Shown here in pieces: positions 20,234 to 30,653 of a stretch of 64,000 bases of DNA. The translations under genes and the position numbers were made by a program. Each line of letters begins with the position of its first letter. Within the stretch, counting starts at the first letter, position 1. The stretch comes from Candidatus Fervidifonticultor secundus (GTDB lineage: Bacteria; Sysuimicrobiota; Sysuimicrobiia; Sysuimicrobiales; Humicultoraceae), in NCBI GenBank assembly GCA_031459385.1, contig JAVKIP010000008.1, positions 1-64,000 on the forward strand, read 5' to 3'. The notes beneath the pieces are model-generated. The model searched no databases and was not told the origin of the DNA. It was given only the letters and a program-made list of their open reading frames with translations.

Positions 20234-21660
20234 ACGTCGCCAGGGGCCGCCGGGACGGCGGAAGCCGGTGCGGCATGCCGGCCCGTCCGGAGCCGCTGCC
20301 CACGTGGGCCGCGGTGCGGATGGCGGCGGTCGTCACCCTGGCCGTCACGATGCTGGCGGGGCCCGCTGCGCGGGGTGCCGCGCCCGCCGCATCCGCGCCC
20401 CGCCCCGCCGCCCCGTCGCGGCATGTGTTGGACAACGGGCTGGTCGTGATCATAAAGGAGCGGCCGGCCCGGGGGCTGGTCGTGGTCGAGGCCATGGTGC
20501 GCGCCGGCCCGCGGGCAGAGGCGCCGGAGGAGGCCGGGGCCACCGCTCTGGTGCGGAACCTGCTGGTGCGCGGCACGCACCGGCGCAGCGCCCAGGAGAT
20601 CGCCAGCACGATCGAGGCGGCAGGCGGCTTCCTGGGCGGAGGGACGTTCCCGGACGTGACCTCGGTATACGCGGTGGCGCCGGCCGGCCGCGCAGAGGTG
20701 GCGTTCGACCTCGTCGCCGACCTGGTCGGCAACGCCCGGCTCGACCCGGAGGAGGTGGAGTCCCAGCGCCGCCTGACCCTGGCCCGGCTGGGCCAGACGG
20801 CCGACCAGCCCCTGCAGCGCGCGGTGGAGCTGTCCAACGCGGCCCTGTACCCGTACCATCCGTACGGTCGGCCGCTTGCGGGCACGCCCGCCACCGTGCG
20901 CGCCCTCACGCGGGACCAGCTGCTGGCCTTCTACCGGGCGCACTTCACCGCGTCGAATACCGTGGTGGTCGTCGCCGGAGAGCTCGACGAGGCCCTGGCG
21001 CTCGCGCACGCCCGGCGCGCGTTCGGGGCGCTGCCCGGTGGGCCGCTGCCGTCGCGCCTGCGGTGGATGCGCGTCGTCGAGCGCGCGCTGGCACCGCCGC
21101 CGGCCCCACAGCAGGTGCGCGAGGTGCAGCCCACGTCGGGCGCCTGGATCGCCGCCGGGTATCTCGCCGTGCCGGTGGGCCACCCCGACTTCGCCGCGCT
21201 GCGCGTCCTGAACGCGGTCCTGGGTGAGGGCGCCGCATCGCGGCTGTGGGGCGAGGTCCGCGAGCGGCGGGGACTCGCCTATCAGGTGGGATCGGTCCTG
21301 GCATCGCGCGCCGGTCCCGGCTTCCTCCGCCTGGTCGCCGGCACCGACCCGCCCAACCTCTCCACCGTGGTGGCCATCTTCGAGGCCGAGGTCACCCGCC
21401 TCCGTGAGGCCGCGCCGGCGGCTGCCGAGGTCGAGCTGGCCAGGCGCAGCATCGCCGGACGCGCGGCGCTGGCGCGCCAGGACCTGGAAGCCGAGGCCTA
21501 CGCGCTTGGGTGGCAGGACCTGCTGGGGCTGGGCCTGGACTACGAGGCGCGTTTCCTGGCGCAGGTCGCGCGCGTCACCCCCGACGACGTGCACCGGGTA
21601 GCGCGCCGGTACCTGACGGGAGGCGTGGTGGCGATCGTCGCGCCGCACCACGCGCGGTGA
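20230..21660 (+). CDS. M16B peptidase, non-catalytic subunit
   Basis: HxxEH replaced by ALVRN; SRLWGEVRERRGLAY (R/Y pair) retained; GTGA overlap. Confidence 0.85.
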   Translation: MNVARGRRDGGSRCGMPARPEPLPTWAAVRMAAVVTLAVTMLAGPAARGAAPAASAPRPAAPSRHVLDNGLVVIIKERPARGLVVVEAMVRAGPRAEAPEEAGATALVRNLLVRGTHRRSAQEIASTIEAAGGFLGGGTFPDVTSVYAVAPAGRAEVAFDLVADLVGNARLDPEEVESQRRLTLARLGQTADQPLQRAVELSNAALYPYHPYGRPLAGTPATVRALTRDQLLAFYRAHFTASNTVVVVAGELDEALALAHARRAFGALPGGPLPSRLRWMRVVERALAPPPAPQQVREVQPTSGAWIAAGYLAVPVGHPDFAALRVLNAVLGEGAASRLWGEVRERRGLAYQVGSVLASRAGPGFLRLVAGTDPPNLSTVVAIFEAEVTRLREAAPAAAEVELARRSIAGRAALARQDLEAEAYALGWQDLLGLGLDYEARFLAQVARVTPDDVHRVARRYLTGGVVAIVAPHHAR

Positions 21661-21754
21661 GGTGCGGGTGAACCCGGCACTCCGCCGCAGAATCCGGCTG
21701 GGCCTCGGCCAGCGGCGGACGGATGATGACCGACGCACGCGCCCGTGCCGCCCT

Positions 21755-22783
21755 TCAGGGCGCGACGTGGGATCGCTCGAAGACAAACAGCTTCTCGCGG
21801 GGGATGACGAGGCGCACCGGGCCCCGGTCCAGCGGCGTCCGGTGGTCCGCCATGAGTACCTCGCTTCCGACGCGCACGTATGCCCGGTACCCGGCACCCA
21901 GGAACAGGACGTCCACCACCTCGCCGTCGACCCAGACCGCGCCCGGCGGCGGTGGCACGTCCCGGGCGGCCAGCGCGATGTCCTCGGCCCTCGCGATGAG
22001 CGTGCTGTGGGCGGACGGCCTGATCCGGCCGTCACCGTCCACCGCGGCGGCCAGCACATTGGTAGCGCCCAGGAACTCGGCCACGAAGGGATCGGCCGGG
22101 CGGGCGTAGACGTCCTCGGGCCGTCCCGCCTGGGCCACGCGGCCGCTGTCCATCACGACCACCACGTCCGCAATGCTCATGGCCTCCTCCTGATCGTGGG
22201 TCACGTAGATGGCCGTGATGCCCGTGCGCCGTTGCAGCGCCCTGATCTCGACCCGCACGCGGTGACGAACCTTCGCGTCCAGGTTGGAGAGCGGCTCGTC
22301 CAGCAAGAGCACCTTGGGGCGTACCGCGACAGCGCGGGCCAGGGCCACGCGCTGCTGCTGCCCGCCGGAGAGCTCCCGCGGGCGACGGCGCTCGATGTCG
22401 GGAACGCGGTCCAGCTCCACGAGTTCGAGCGCTTCGCGCACGCGCCGGGGAATCTCCGCCGCGGGTACTTTGCGCAACCGCAACCCGAAGGCCAAATTCT
22501 CGTACACGTCCATGTGCGGCCACAGCGCGTAGTTCTGAAACACCATGGCGCAGTCACGCGCCTGGGGAGGGAGCGTGGTGACATCGCGGTCGCCCATCCA
22601 GATGCGGCCGCGGTCAGGCGCCACGAATCCGGCCACGCTGCGCAGCAGCGTGGTCTTCCCGCATCCCGAGGGTCCCACGATCACCGTGAGGGCGCCCGAG
22701 GGGAACTGCTGCGTCACCCCGGCCAGGGCCGTGACAGATCCATAGCGCTTGGTCAGGTTCTCGACACGGACGTCCATCGTCAC
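21755..22783 (-). CDS. ABC ATPase (PotA/FbpC-like)
   Basis: GPSGCGKT, LSGGQQQRVALARA, LLDEPLSNLDAK. Confidence 0.92.
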   Translation of the reverse strand: MTMDVRVENLTKRYGSVTALAGVTQQFPSGALTVIVGPSGCGKTTLLRSVAGFVAPDRGRIWMGDRDVTTLPPQARDCAMVFQNYALWPHMDVYENLAFGLRLRKVPAAEIPRRVREALELVELDRVPDIERRRPRELSGGQQQRVALARAVAVRPKVLLLDEPLSNLDAKVRHRVRVEIRALQRRTGITAIYVTHDQEEAMSIADVVVVMDSGRVAQAGRPEDVYARPADPFVAEFLGATNVLAAAVDGDGRIRPSAHSTLIARAEDIALAARDVPPPPGAVWVDGEVVDVLFLGAGYRAYVRVGSEVLMADHRTPLDRGPVRLVIPREKLFVFERSHVAP

Positions 22784-22798
22784 ACTCCTGCGCCATCG

Positions 22799-23644
22799 TC
22801 ACAGCCGCCCGAAGAACGCCAGGTACTCGGCACGCAGAAAGCGCTCCATGAGCACCAGCAAGACCACCCCGGGAGCCATCAGCACCAGGGCCGTCACCGA
22901 CGCAATCTGCAGCTCGTAGCCCAGGCTGGCTGTGTACATGTAGACCGGCAACGTGGTCACGTATGGTGCGCCCACCAGCAGGGTGCCCGTGAACTCGTCC
23001 AACGAGTAGATGAACACCAGAATGGCGCTGGCCACGATGCCCGGCGCCGCCAGCGGCAGGGCGATGCGGAAGAAGGTGTGGGTCATGGAGGCGCCCAGGT
23101 TGATGGCTGCCTCCTCCAGATCCTCCCCGATCGACCGGAACACCGCGGTCATGGTCCACACGGCGTAGACCAGCCCTCCCACCAGGTGGATCAGCACCAC
23201 GCCGGGGATCGTGCCGGCCAGGTTCCACCGGTAGAAGAGCACCGCGGCGCTGGCGAACACAGGAAGCTGCGGGAACGCCTGGGGGAGCAGGAAGAGCATG
23301 AGGACCACCGGCCCCAGCGGCAGCCGTCTGCGGGCCGCCCCATAGCTGATCGGAATGGCGGTCAGAAGAGCCAGGGTTGTCGTGATGACGGCAATGCTCA
23401 CCCCGCGCACGAGCGCCCCCAACAGGTCGCCGCGGGTGATGCGGGCCCAGTACTTGAGACCCACCGCCTGCGGGACCAGGGCAGGCCAGTGCCAGCGCTC
23501 GGCGACCGACCACACCACGAGGCTTGCCAGCGGACCCACGATGACGGCACACAGCAGCGCCACCAGGGCCGCGCGCGCCGCCATGCCCAGAAGCCCGGGA
23601 TAGCGCGCCGCGGGGGCGAGGACGTCGGCCGTGCGAGCGCTCAC
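22799..23644 (-). CDS. ABC permease (PotC-like)
   Basis: LEEAAINLGAS EAA loop; about 6 TM segments. Confidence 0.88.
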   Translation of the reverse strand: MSARTADVLAPAARYPGLLGMAARAALVALLCAVIVGPLASLVVWSVAERWHWPALVPQAVGLKYWARITRGDLLGALVRGVSIAVITTTLALLTAIPISYGAARRRLPLGPVVLMLFLLPQAFPQLPVFASAAVLFYRWNLAGTIPGVVLIHLVGGLVYAVWTMTAVFRSIGEDLEEAAINLGASMTHTFFRIALPLAAPGIVASAILVFIYSLDEFTGTLLVGAPYVTTLPVYMYTASLGYELQIASVTALVLMAPGVVLLVLMERFLRAEYLAFFGRL

Positions 23645-24461
23645 CGCGACACCGTCCGCAAGTAGTAGTAGGCGGCACCCGAGGCCAGCAGGTACGAGAC
23701 GACGCCCAGCGCGCTGGCCACGCCGAAATCACCGTGCTGGCCAAACCGGTAGTAGAGGTCGATCATGAGCATCTGCGGGCCCGAGCCCCGGCTCATCATC
23801 AGGGGAATCGAAAACGACGCCAGCATGGAGGTCAGGGCCAGAACGGCCGCCAGGGCAATCGACGAGGCCGACATGGGCACCAGCACCGCCCAGATCTGCC
23901 TGACGGTTCCTGCGCCGAACCCCCGTGCAGCCTCCAGGTACGACTCGTCCACAGCGCGGAAGGCGCCCATCAGCAGGAGCACGATCAAGGCCAGGTGCTT
24001 CCACGCCAGGGCGATGGCCAGACCGAGCCAGTCCTGGCCGAACCCCAGGCTGGCGTCGGCGAAGACCAGCCCCATGGCGTGCAGCACAGAAAGCAGGGTG
24101 CCGCGCGGGGCCAGGAGGATGCGCATGGCGTGCCCCACGACCACGAAGGGCACGAACAGCGGCACCTTGAGCAGGAACTCAACGGCGGCGGCGGCGTGCA
24201 GCCGCAGATAGCCGGCCAGGGGAATGCCCGCCCCGAAGGTCAGGGCGAGACCGGCGACGGCCACCAGCACCGTGTAGAGGACGTCCTGCCCGTACAGCCG
24301 GTACACCACCCGTAATTGGCCAGGGTCATGCGGCCGTCGCGCACGAACGATGCCGCCAGGGACTGGAGGAGGGGCACGCCGAACCCCACGACGATCACCG
24401 CGGTGGCGGGGATCGCCGCCATCCACCAGAGGACCGACTCGACCGGCCGGGCGCGTGGCAC
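23641..24461 (-). pseudogene. ABC permease (PotB-like), frameshifted near 24312
   Basis: N-part ...RDGRMTLANY (ORF 24240-24461) continues in another frame as RVVYRLYGQD...YLEAARGFGA. Confidence 0.8.
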
Positions 24462-24529
24462 CGCGTGCCCCTACCCCGTCCGGTCGAGCCTGCCCGTCGA
24501 TGTCGCCCTGCGGCTCGCCACCGGCTTCG

Positions 24530-25693
24530 CTACCGGACGATCTCCTCGTAGGCTAGGAGGATCGCGTCGTAATACTCGCCGATGGGCATCTGCTGCGAGT
24601 ACCGGGCCAGGTCCTCCGGCGTCACAGCAGGGCCCTGGCCGCGGGCGAGACCAGCGGCATCACCCGCGTGGGGTCGATTCCCGGGTACCACCCGAACTGC
24701 TCCACGATGACCTTGGCCTGGATCTGCGGGTTGGCCACGAGGTCGATGTACTTGGCCGCCCACTCGCGGTTGGCCGCCTCCCGGGGGACCGTCAGGTACA
24801 GGGGGTAGATGGGCAGCCCTGGGGCGATGAGGACCGGGGTGATCTCTGGGTTCATGCGGCCCTCGTTCTTCCAGGCCACGAGCTGGTCCACCCACACGGC
24901 GCCCATCCAGATCTCGCCCCGGTTCAGCGCGTCCAGGGTGCCGGCGTTCCCCGAGGGGATCACTACGTTCCGGTTGAACTCGCGAAGTTGCTCGATGGCG
25001 CTGCGGATGATCCCGTCGTTCGCCTTGTCGAACGGCCCCTGGGTGAACAGCTCGTACCGGCCCGTCTTGTAGAACACTCAGGCCATGACGAAGCCAATGC
25101 CGGAGACGCCTCCCTTGATCCCGTTGTACCCGAAGCGCCGCGGGTTGGTCCGCACCCACGCCTCCAGCTCCGCGAACGTCCTGGGCGGCGTGGACACGAA
25201 CTGGGGGTTGTAGGCGATGGCGATCTGGTTCTTGAACATCGGGACCACGTAGCCCTTGACGTCAACGCCAAACGCGCGCACGGTGTCCGGACCGACCACA
25301 TACGGGGCGAACTGCAGCTCCGGCACATAGCGGCGCAGGAGGTTCTCCCGCACCATCTGGGATACGTACCGCATCGACACCAGGGCCACATCGATGTCCC
25401 AGTTGCGCCGGCCGGCATCCGCCTGGGCCTTCAGCTTGGTGTAGATGGCACGGCTGGCCGCCTCGCCGGTCCCCGTGCCCACCGCGTGGACCGTCACGTG
25501 CGGGTTATTCTTGGTGAAGGCGGCGCCCAGGACGTTGCGGTGTACCTCGACCACGTTGACATCTGCCGCGATGGCCACCTGAAGCGTCACGCGTGCCTGC
25601 CCGTATCCGGGCTGGACCGTCGCGGCAAGAAACCAGCAGGACCACCACCAGACCCGCCGCCCACCTCGTTATCCTGGCACCAGGGCTTCGCAC
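24530..25693 (-). pseudogene. ABC substrate-binding protein with two frameshifts and one nonsense codon
   Basis: Extra T near 25630 in the signal peptide, in-frame TGA at 25078-25080, frameshift near 24622; SD GGAGGAGGAG upstream of GTG 25693. Confidence 0.82.
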
Positions 25694-25713
25694 GGGTAAC
25701 TCCTCCTCCCGGT

Positions 25714-26235
25714 CTAGGATTGTTCTTCGAGCCGTGCGTCATGGGTGCCGGCCCGTCGACGCACCGCGGCCTCCCAGGCCCAGTCCACGGCCACCCGCGG
25801 GGTGGGCGCGCGCTGGATGGGATCGCCCTCGACGCCGGGACGGCACAGTTCCCAGGTCTGCAGGCCGATCACCGGTACCCCGAACTGGAGCGCGTACGCG
25901 ATCTCCGACAGCGTCCCATAGGCACCACCCACGGCCACCAGCGCCTCCGCGGTGCGGGCGATGATGACGTTGCGCGCCTCCCCCATCCCGGTGACGATGG
26001 GAACGGTCACAAAGTCGTTGCCGCTCGCGGCGCTGGCACCGGGCAGGATTCCCACGACGATTCCGCCCGCGAGCGCGGCCCCCCGGGATGCGGCCTCCAT
26101 GACCCCCTCCATGCCACCACAGACCAGGATGCCGCCCCGGCGGGCAATCTCCCGCCCGACCTCCTCGGCGGCTGCCAGCATCACTGCGGAGGCGTGCCGC
26201 TCGCCGATCACCCCGATGCGCACCGGGCTACTCAC
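25714..26235 (-). CDS. LOG-like Rossmann-fold protein (TIGR00725 type)
   Basis: CGGMEGVMEAASRGA, TGMGEARN, GGAYGTLSEI. Confidence 0.88.
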   Translation of the reverse strand: MSSPVRIGVIGERHASAVMLAAAEEVGREIARRGGILVCGGMEGVMEAASRGAALAGGIVVGILPGASAASGNDFVTVPIVTGMGEARNVIIARTAEALVAVGGAYGTLSEIAYALQFGVPVIGLQTWELCRPGVEGDPIQRAPTPRVAVDWAWEAAVRRRAGTHDARLEEQS

Positions 26236-26932
26236 GGTACACCTCGTAGCAGTAGTCGACGGGCACATCGCCGTCTGCGAAGGTCGTTCCTTCCACCATC
26301 AGTACCGGCGCGCCTGGAGGGACGCCCAGCAGCCTGGCCTCCGCCGGTGCCGGCGTACCCGCGCGGTACGACCGATCGCACCGAGTGAAGCGAAAGCCGT
26401 ACTGGCGCTGCATGACGAGATAAAGAGAGTCGGCCTCCAGGTCCAGGCGATCCAGGCCGGGACAGCGGGAGAGCGGCACATGCGAGACGTTGTAGGCGAC
26501 AGGCGCTCCGTGCACCAGGCGCAGGCGGCGGACCTGCAGCACCGGTTCGCGCGGGTGCAGGCGGAGGGCGCGGCGGATCGGTTCGCGGGGCACCACGCGG
26601 CGCGCGCCGAGGAGCCGGTTCTCCACCTCCAGCCCCCGTGAGCGCATCTCCTCCGTGAAGGAGAGGACCGTCCAGAACCGGCGCAGCGCCCGCGGCCGCG
26701 TCACAAAGGTGCCACGCCCGTGGTCGCGGCGCAGGAAACCCTCCCTCACCAGTTCCGTCACAGCCTGACGTACCGTCATCTTGCTGACGCCGAACTGCAC
26801 GACCAGCTCCTGCTCCGAGGGCAGCCGGTGGCCCTCGGTGAATCCGTCGCGCTGGATCCACCGCATCAGCCCCGCCTTCACCTGCAGGTACTTGGGGACC
26901 CGCGAGCGCGGGTCGACCGGACGAATCGCCAT
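26228..26932 (-). CDS. GntR/HutC-family regulator (UTRA domain)
   Basis: PKYLQV, LPSEQEL..FGVSKMTVRQA, GRGTFV, SFTEEM. Confidence 0.92.
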   Translation of the reverse strand: MAIRPVDPRSRVPKYLQVKAGLMRWIQRDGFTEGHRLPSEQELVVQFGVSKMTVRQAVTELVREGFLRRDHGRGTFVTRPRALRRFWTVLSFTEEMRSRGLEVENRLLGARRVVPREPIRRALRLHPREPVLQVRRLRLVHGAPVAYNVSHVPLSRCPGLDRLDLEADSLYLVMQRQYGFRFTRCDRSYRAGTPAPAEARLLGVPPGAPVLMVEGTTFADGDVPVDYCYEVYRE

Positions 26933-26990
26933 CTCTCCTAGACGTCTATGTATCTCTGCCCCAACGGTGCCGCCTGTCGAGGGGCCAGAT

Positions 26991-27851
26991 TCAGCGCCGC
27001 GGGCCGTTCCGCACGCGGTGTCGGGACCCGCGCGCCGCGCCACCGGGCGACCTGCGGCGCACGCCCGTCGCCACCAGCCGCCGGTGCAGTTCCCGCAGGT
27101 CGCGCACGACCAGGTCGGGGCGCAGGGCCCGCCCCGGGGGGCTGGCGGGCGCTGTCACACCCGTCCGCACCAGGATCGTGTACAGGCCAGCGGCGCGGCC
27201 GGCGGCGACGTCGGTGGCGACCTGGTCGCCGACGATGGCGGCCCGGGCCGGCCGGGCGCCCAGGCGCGCCAGGGCCTCGCGCAGCAGCCGTGGGTGCGGC
27301 TTCCCGATAACGGTGGGCCGGCGCCCGGTGGCGGCGTGCAGGGCCGCGGCCAGCGACCCGGCGCCGGGGATCACGCCGGACTCGGTGGGCAACAGCAGGT
27401 CGGGGTTGGTCAGCACGAACCGGGCCCCGTCCAGCAGGGCCCGCGTGGCCAGGGCCAGCTTCCGGTAGGACACGTGGCGGTCCAGGCCGACGACCACCGC
27501 GGCCACGTGCTCCCACGCGGGCACGAATCCGGCGTCGACGAGGGCGCGGCGCAGCGCCGCCTCGCCGACGACCAGCACGCGGGCGCCGGCCGGGAGCCGC
27601 TGGCGCAGGTACGCGGCCGTGCTCACCGACGAGGTGACGATGCGCGCGGGCGGCACGCGCATCCTCATCTGCGCCAGCAGCCGCGCGTACTGCCGCGGCG
27701 TGCGCGTGCTGTTGTTGGTGACCAGCGCGTAGGGGAGGCCGGCCCGGTCGAGGAACGCCAGCAGCGCGGCGGCGCCGGGCAACGGCGTCTGGCCCCGGTA
27801 CAGCACGCCGTCCATGTCGAACAGCAGCGCCCGCAGGCGCGGCAGCCGCAT
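26991..27851 (-). CDS. HAD-IIA hydrolase (NagD-like)
   Basis: FDMDGVLY, TNNS, TNPD, GKP, VGDQVATDV, VRTGV. Confidence 0.9.
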   Translation of the reverse strand: MRLPRLRALLFDMDGVLYRGQTPLPGAAALLAFLDRAGLPYALVTNNSTRTPRQYARLLAQMRMRVPPARIVTSSVSTAAYLRQRLPAGARVLVVGEAALRRALVDAGFVPAWEHVAAVVVGLDRHVSYRKLALATRALLDGARFVLTNPDLLLPTESGVIPGAGSLAAALHAATGRRPTVIGKPHPRLLREALARLGARPARAAIVGDQVATDVAAGRAAGLYTILVRTGVTAPASPPGRALRPDLVVRDLRELHRRLVATGVRRRSPGGAARGSRHRVRNGPRR

Positions 27852-27868
27852 CTGGCCGCAGGGGCCCG

Positions 27869-29326
27869 CTACATGCCGATGGAGATCGCCTTGACCTCCA
27901 TGTACTCCTCGAGGCCCTGGTGCCCGCCCTCGCGACCCAGGCCGCTCTCCTTGAAGCCGCCGAACGGGATCTCGTGGGTGTACCCGGTCGGGTCGTTGAT
28001 GCCCACCATGCCGTACTCCAGCGCCTCGGCCACGCGGATCGCCCTGCGGAGGTCGCGCGTGTAGAAGTAGGCGGCCAGCCCAAAGGTGGTGGCGTTGGCC
28101 CTGGCGATCACCTCGGGTTCGTCGCCGAACGTCATCACCGGCGCCACCGGCCCGAAGATCTCCTCCCGCGCCACGTCCATCTCCTCGCGCACGTCCACCA
28201 GGACCGTGGGCGCGTAGAACAGCCCGCGGGCCAGCTCGCCGTCGGTCAACCGCCGCCCGCCGGCCACGACGCGCGCGCCGTCGGCGACGGCGGCCTGCAC
28301 CAGGCCGTCCACCTTGTCCAGGATCTCGCGGTTGATGAGGGGCCCGATCTGGGCGCCGGGCGCGAAGCCGGGAGCCACCTTGAGCCCCTTGACCTTCTCG
28401 ATGAACAACGGGACGAACCGGTCGGCGACCCGCTCGTGGACGTAGACGCGGTTGGCGCAGATGCACGACTGCCCCGCCACGCGCAGGAACTTGATGGCCA
28501 CGGCACCCTCGGCCGCGGCGGCCAGGTCGGCGTCGTCGAAGACGATGAACGGCGCGTTCCCGCCCAGCTCGAACGCGACGCGCTTGAGGTGGGCGCTGGC
28601 GCCGGCCATCAGGCGCTTGCCGACCTCGGTGGAGCCCGTGAACGCCACCTTGCGCACGGCGGGATGGTCGAGGAAGGCCTGCCCGATGACCCCCGAGCGC
28701 GTCCCGGTCACCACGTTGAAGACCCCGGCGGGCAGCCCCGCCTCCTGGCACAGGCGCGCCAGGGCCAGCGCGGTCAGCGGCGTGGCGCTGGCAGGCTTGA
28801 GCACCACGGTGCACCCCGCGGCCAGGGCCGGTGCGATCTTGCGCGTGACCATGGTGGCCGGGAAGTTCCACGGCGTGATGGCGGCGACGACGCCCAGCGG
28901 CTGCTTCAGCACCCACAGGCGCTTGCCCGCCACCGGTGGCGGCACGATCTCGCCGTAGACGCGCCGCGCCTCCTCGGCGAACCACGAGAAGTAGCCGGTG
29001 GCGAAGGCCACCTCGCGCCGCGCCTCCTCGAAGGGCTTGCCGTTCTCCTGCGTGACCAACCGCGCCAGGTCGTCGCGGTGCTCGGTCATCAGGTCGAAGA
29101 CCCGGTGGAGGATGCGGCCGCGCTCGATGGCCGGGGTCGCGGCCCAGGCGGGGAACGCCGCGGCCGCGGCGTCCACCGCCCGCCAGACGTCCTCGCGGCC
29201 GGCGTCGGGCAGCTCGGCGAGCGCCTCGCCCGTGGCAGGGTTGCGGACCGTCATGGTCTCGCCGCCGCCGGCGCCCACCCAGGCACCGCCCACGAACATC
29301 CGCGACTGCTCCGTCACCAGGCTCAT
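27869..29326 (-). CDS. gabD: NAD(P)-dependent succinate-semialdehyde dehydrogenase-like ALDH
   Basis: ITPWNFP, TRKIAPALAAGC, FTGSTEVG, ELGGNAP, GQSCICANR, EEIFGP, PFGGFKESGLGREG. Confidence 0.85.
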   Translation of the reverse strand: MSLVTEQSRMFVGGAWVGAGGGETMTVRNPATGEALAELPDAGREDVWRAVDAAAAAFPAWAATPAIERGRILHRVFDLMTEHRDDLARLVTQENGKPFEEARREVAFATGYFSWFAEEARRVYGEIVPPPVAGKRLWVLKQPLGVVAAITPWNFPATMVTRKIAPALAAGCTVVLKPASATPLTALALARLCQEAGLPAGVFNVVTGTRSGVIGQAFLDHPAVRKVAFTGSTEVGKRLMAGASAHLKRVAFELGGNAPFIVFDDADLAAAAEGAVAIKFLRVAGQSCICANRVYVHERVADRFVPLFIEKVKGLKVAPGFAPGAQIGPLINREILDKVDGLVQAAVADGARVVAGGRRLTDGELARGLFYAPTVLVDVREEMDVAREEIFGPVAPVMTFGDEPEVIARANATTFGLAAYFYTRDLRRAIRVAEALEYGMVGINDPTGYTHEIPFGGFKESGLGREGGHQGLEEYMEVKAISIGM

Positions 29327-29461
29327 GCCGGCCACCTGCTTTCGGCGTGGGATCGTACCGGTCGTTCGCGCCCTGGGGAAACCACCCCTGCTGGGCGCCC
29401 GGGGACCGTGGCTGCGACGCGCCCCGCGAGGACGTGGCTGTGCCGGCTGCGACGCTGCTGG

Positions 29462-30103
29462 TTACCGGGGCGCGCCGCGCAGGTAGCCCAGCACCGCCTG
29501 CCGGCAGCGCTCCCGGGTCGGGGCGTGCCGGGCCTCCCAGTCGGGTTCCTGCAGCCACTGGAGGAAGAGGCCGTCCACGATGGCACGCACGACGGAGGCA
29601 GCCTCGGAGATCTCGGAGACCCGGAAGACGCCCGCGCGGGCACCTTCCTCGATGATGTGAGCGTAGGCCGCGTCGACAATGCCGCGGAAGGTGGCGCTCA
29701 GCTCGTCGAACCGGTCCTGGCGCGCCGCGGCGCCGAGCAGGTCGAGGAAGGCCAGGTAGAAGTCGCGGTTGGCCCTGGGGTCCACGAAGATGGCATCGAT
29801 CATCGCGGCCACCTTCTGCTCGGCGGTCGGCGCCCGGTGGACCGCGGTGTGGATCCGGCGCGCGACGCGGGCCAGCACCCACCGCATCGTGGCCAGGATC
29901 AGGTTCTCCTTGGTGCCGAAGTAGTAGAGGAGGATCCCCTTGCTGACGCCGGCCCGGTCGGCCACGCGCTGGAGCGACAGCCGCCGCAGGCCCTGCTCCA
30001 CCAGCACCCGGTAGGTGTGGCGGAGGAGGTGCGCGTGCCGGGCCGAGCGCGGCTCCTCCAGGCCGGGGGCGCCCGGGACGGGCGCAGTGCGCAGCGTGCT
30101 CAC
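29462..30103 (-). CDS. TetR-family regulator
   Basis: SLQRVADRAGVSKGILLYYFGTKENL HTH; GTG 30103 overlaps the hemerythrin stop. Confidence 0.9.
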   Translation of the reverse strand: MSTLRTAPVPGAPGLEEPRSARHAHLLRHTYRVLVEQGLRRLSLQRVADRAGVSKGILLYYFGTKENLILATMRWVLARVARRIHTAVHRAPTAEQKVAAMIDAIFVDPRANRDFYLAFLDLLGAAARQDRFDELSATFRGIVDAAYAHIIEEGARAGVFRVSEISEAASVVRAIVDGLFLQWLQEPDWEARHAPTRERCRQAVLGYLRGAPR

Positions 30104-30651
30104 GATGACCCTCCGGTGAGGCGCTCGGCCAGACGGGTCAACGCCTGGTGCGTCCCGTGGCCGAGCTCGTGCTCGACCCCATCGTAGCATGCGCCGGTGG
30201 CGCTGTCGTCGCCGGCCTGCAGCACGCCCTCGCCCATGGGGAAGAGGACCTCGTTCTCTTTAGCGATGTGCGCCCGCAGCAACGCCAGGTACTGCCGGCA
30301 CGGCTCCAGGACGTCGTCGGGGGCGGCGGTCCCCTGTGCGTATCGGTCGAGCTGCGCCGCGATCTGCCGGACCAGCCGCCGACCCAGCTCGTGCTCCTCC
30401 AGCATCACGCCGATCGGCCCGCCCTCGCGCGGGATGCCCCGGCGCTGCAGGCACGGGAAGAGGCAGGACTCCTCCTTGCCGTGGTGACAGCGGTCCACGA
30501 ACGCCTGGCTGAACGCCACCAGGTCGCGCAGGAACGCCGCGGGCACGCCCCGGCCATCCTCAACCGCGCGGAGCTCGCGCTCCAGCGCGTCGAGGACGCC
30601 CAGGATGACCCGGTGTTCCTCGACGAGCTCGCGGGTGGATCGCATGGCCAC
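30100..30651 (-). CDS. Hemerythrin (HHE) domain protein
   Basis: EEH, HHGKEE..LFP, EEHELGR, HIAKENEVLFP. Confidence 0.9.
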   Translation of the reverse strand: MAMRSTRELVEEHRVILGVLDALERELRAVEDGRGVPAAFLRDLVAFSQAFVDRCHHGKEESCLFPCLQRRGIPREGGPIGVMLEEHELGRRLVRQIAAQLDRYAQGTAAPDDVLEPCRQYLALLRAHIAKENEVLFPMGEGVLQAGDDSATGACYDGVEHELGHGTHQALTRLAERLTGGSS

Positions 30652-30653
30652 GG

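Noticed and set aside
25078..25080. In-frame TGA as a sign of an alternative genetic code
   Set aside because: TGA ends many genes here, including coupled stop/start overlaps, and the same gene also has frameshifts
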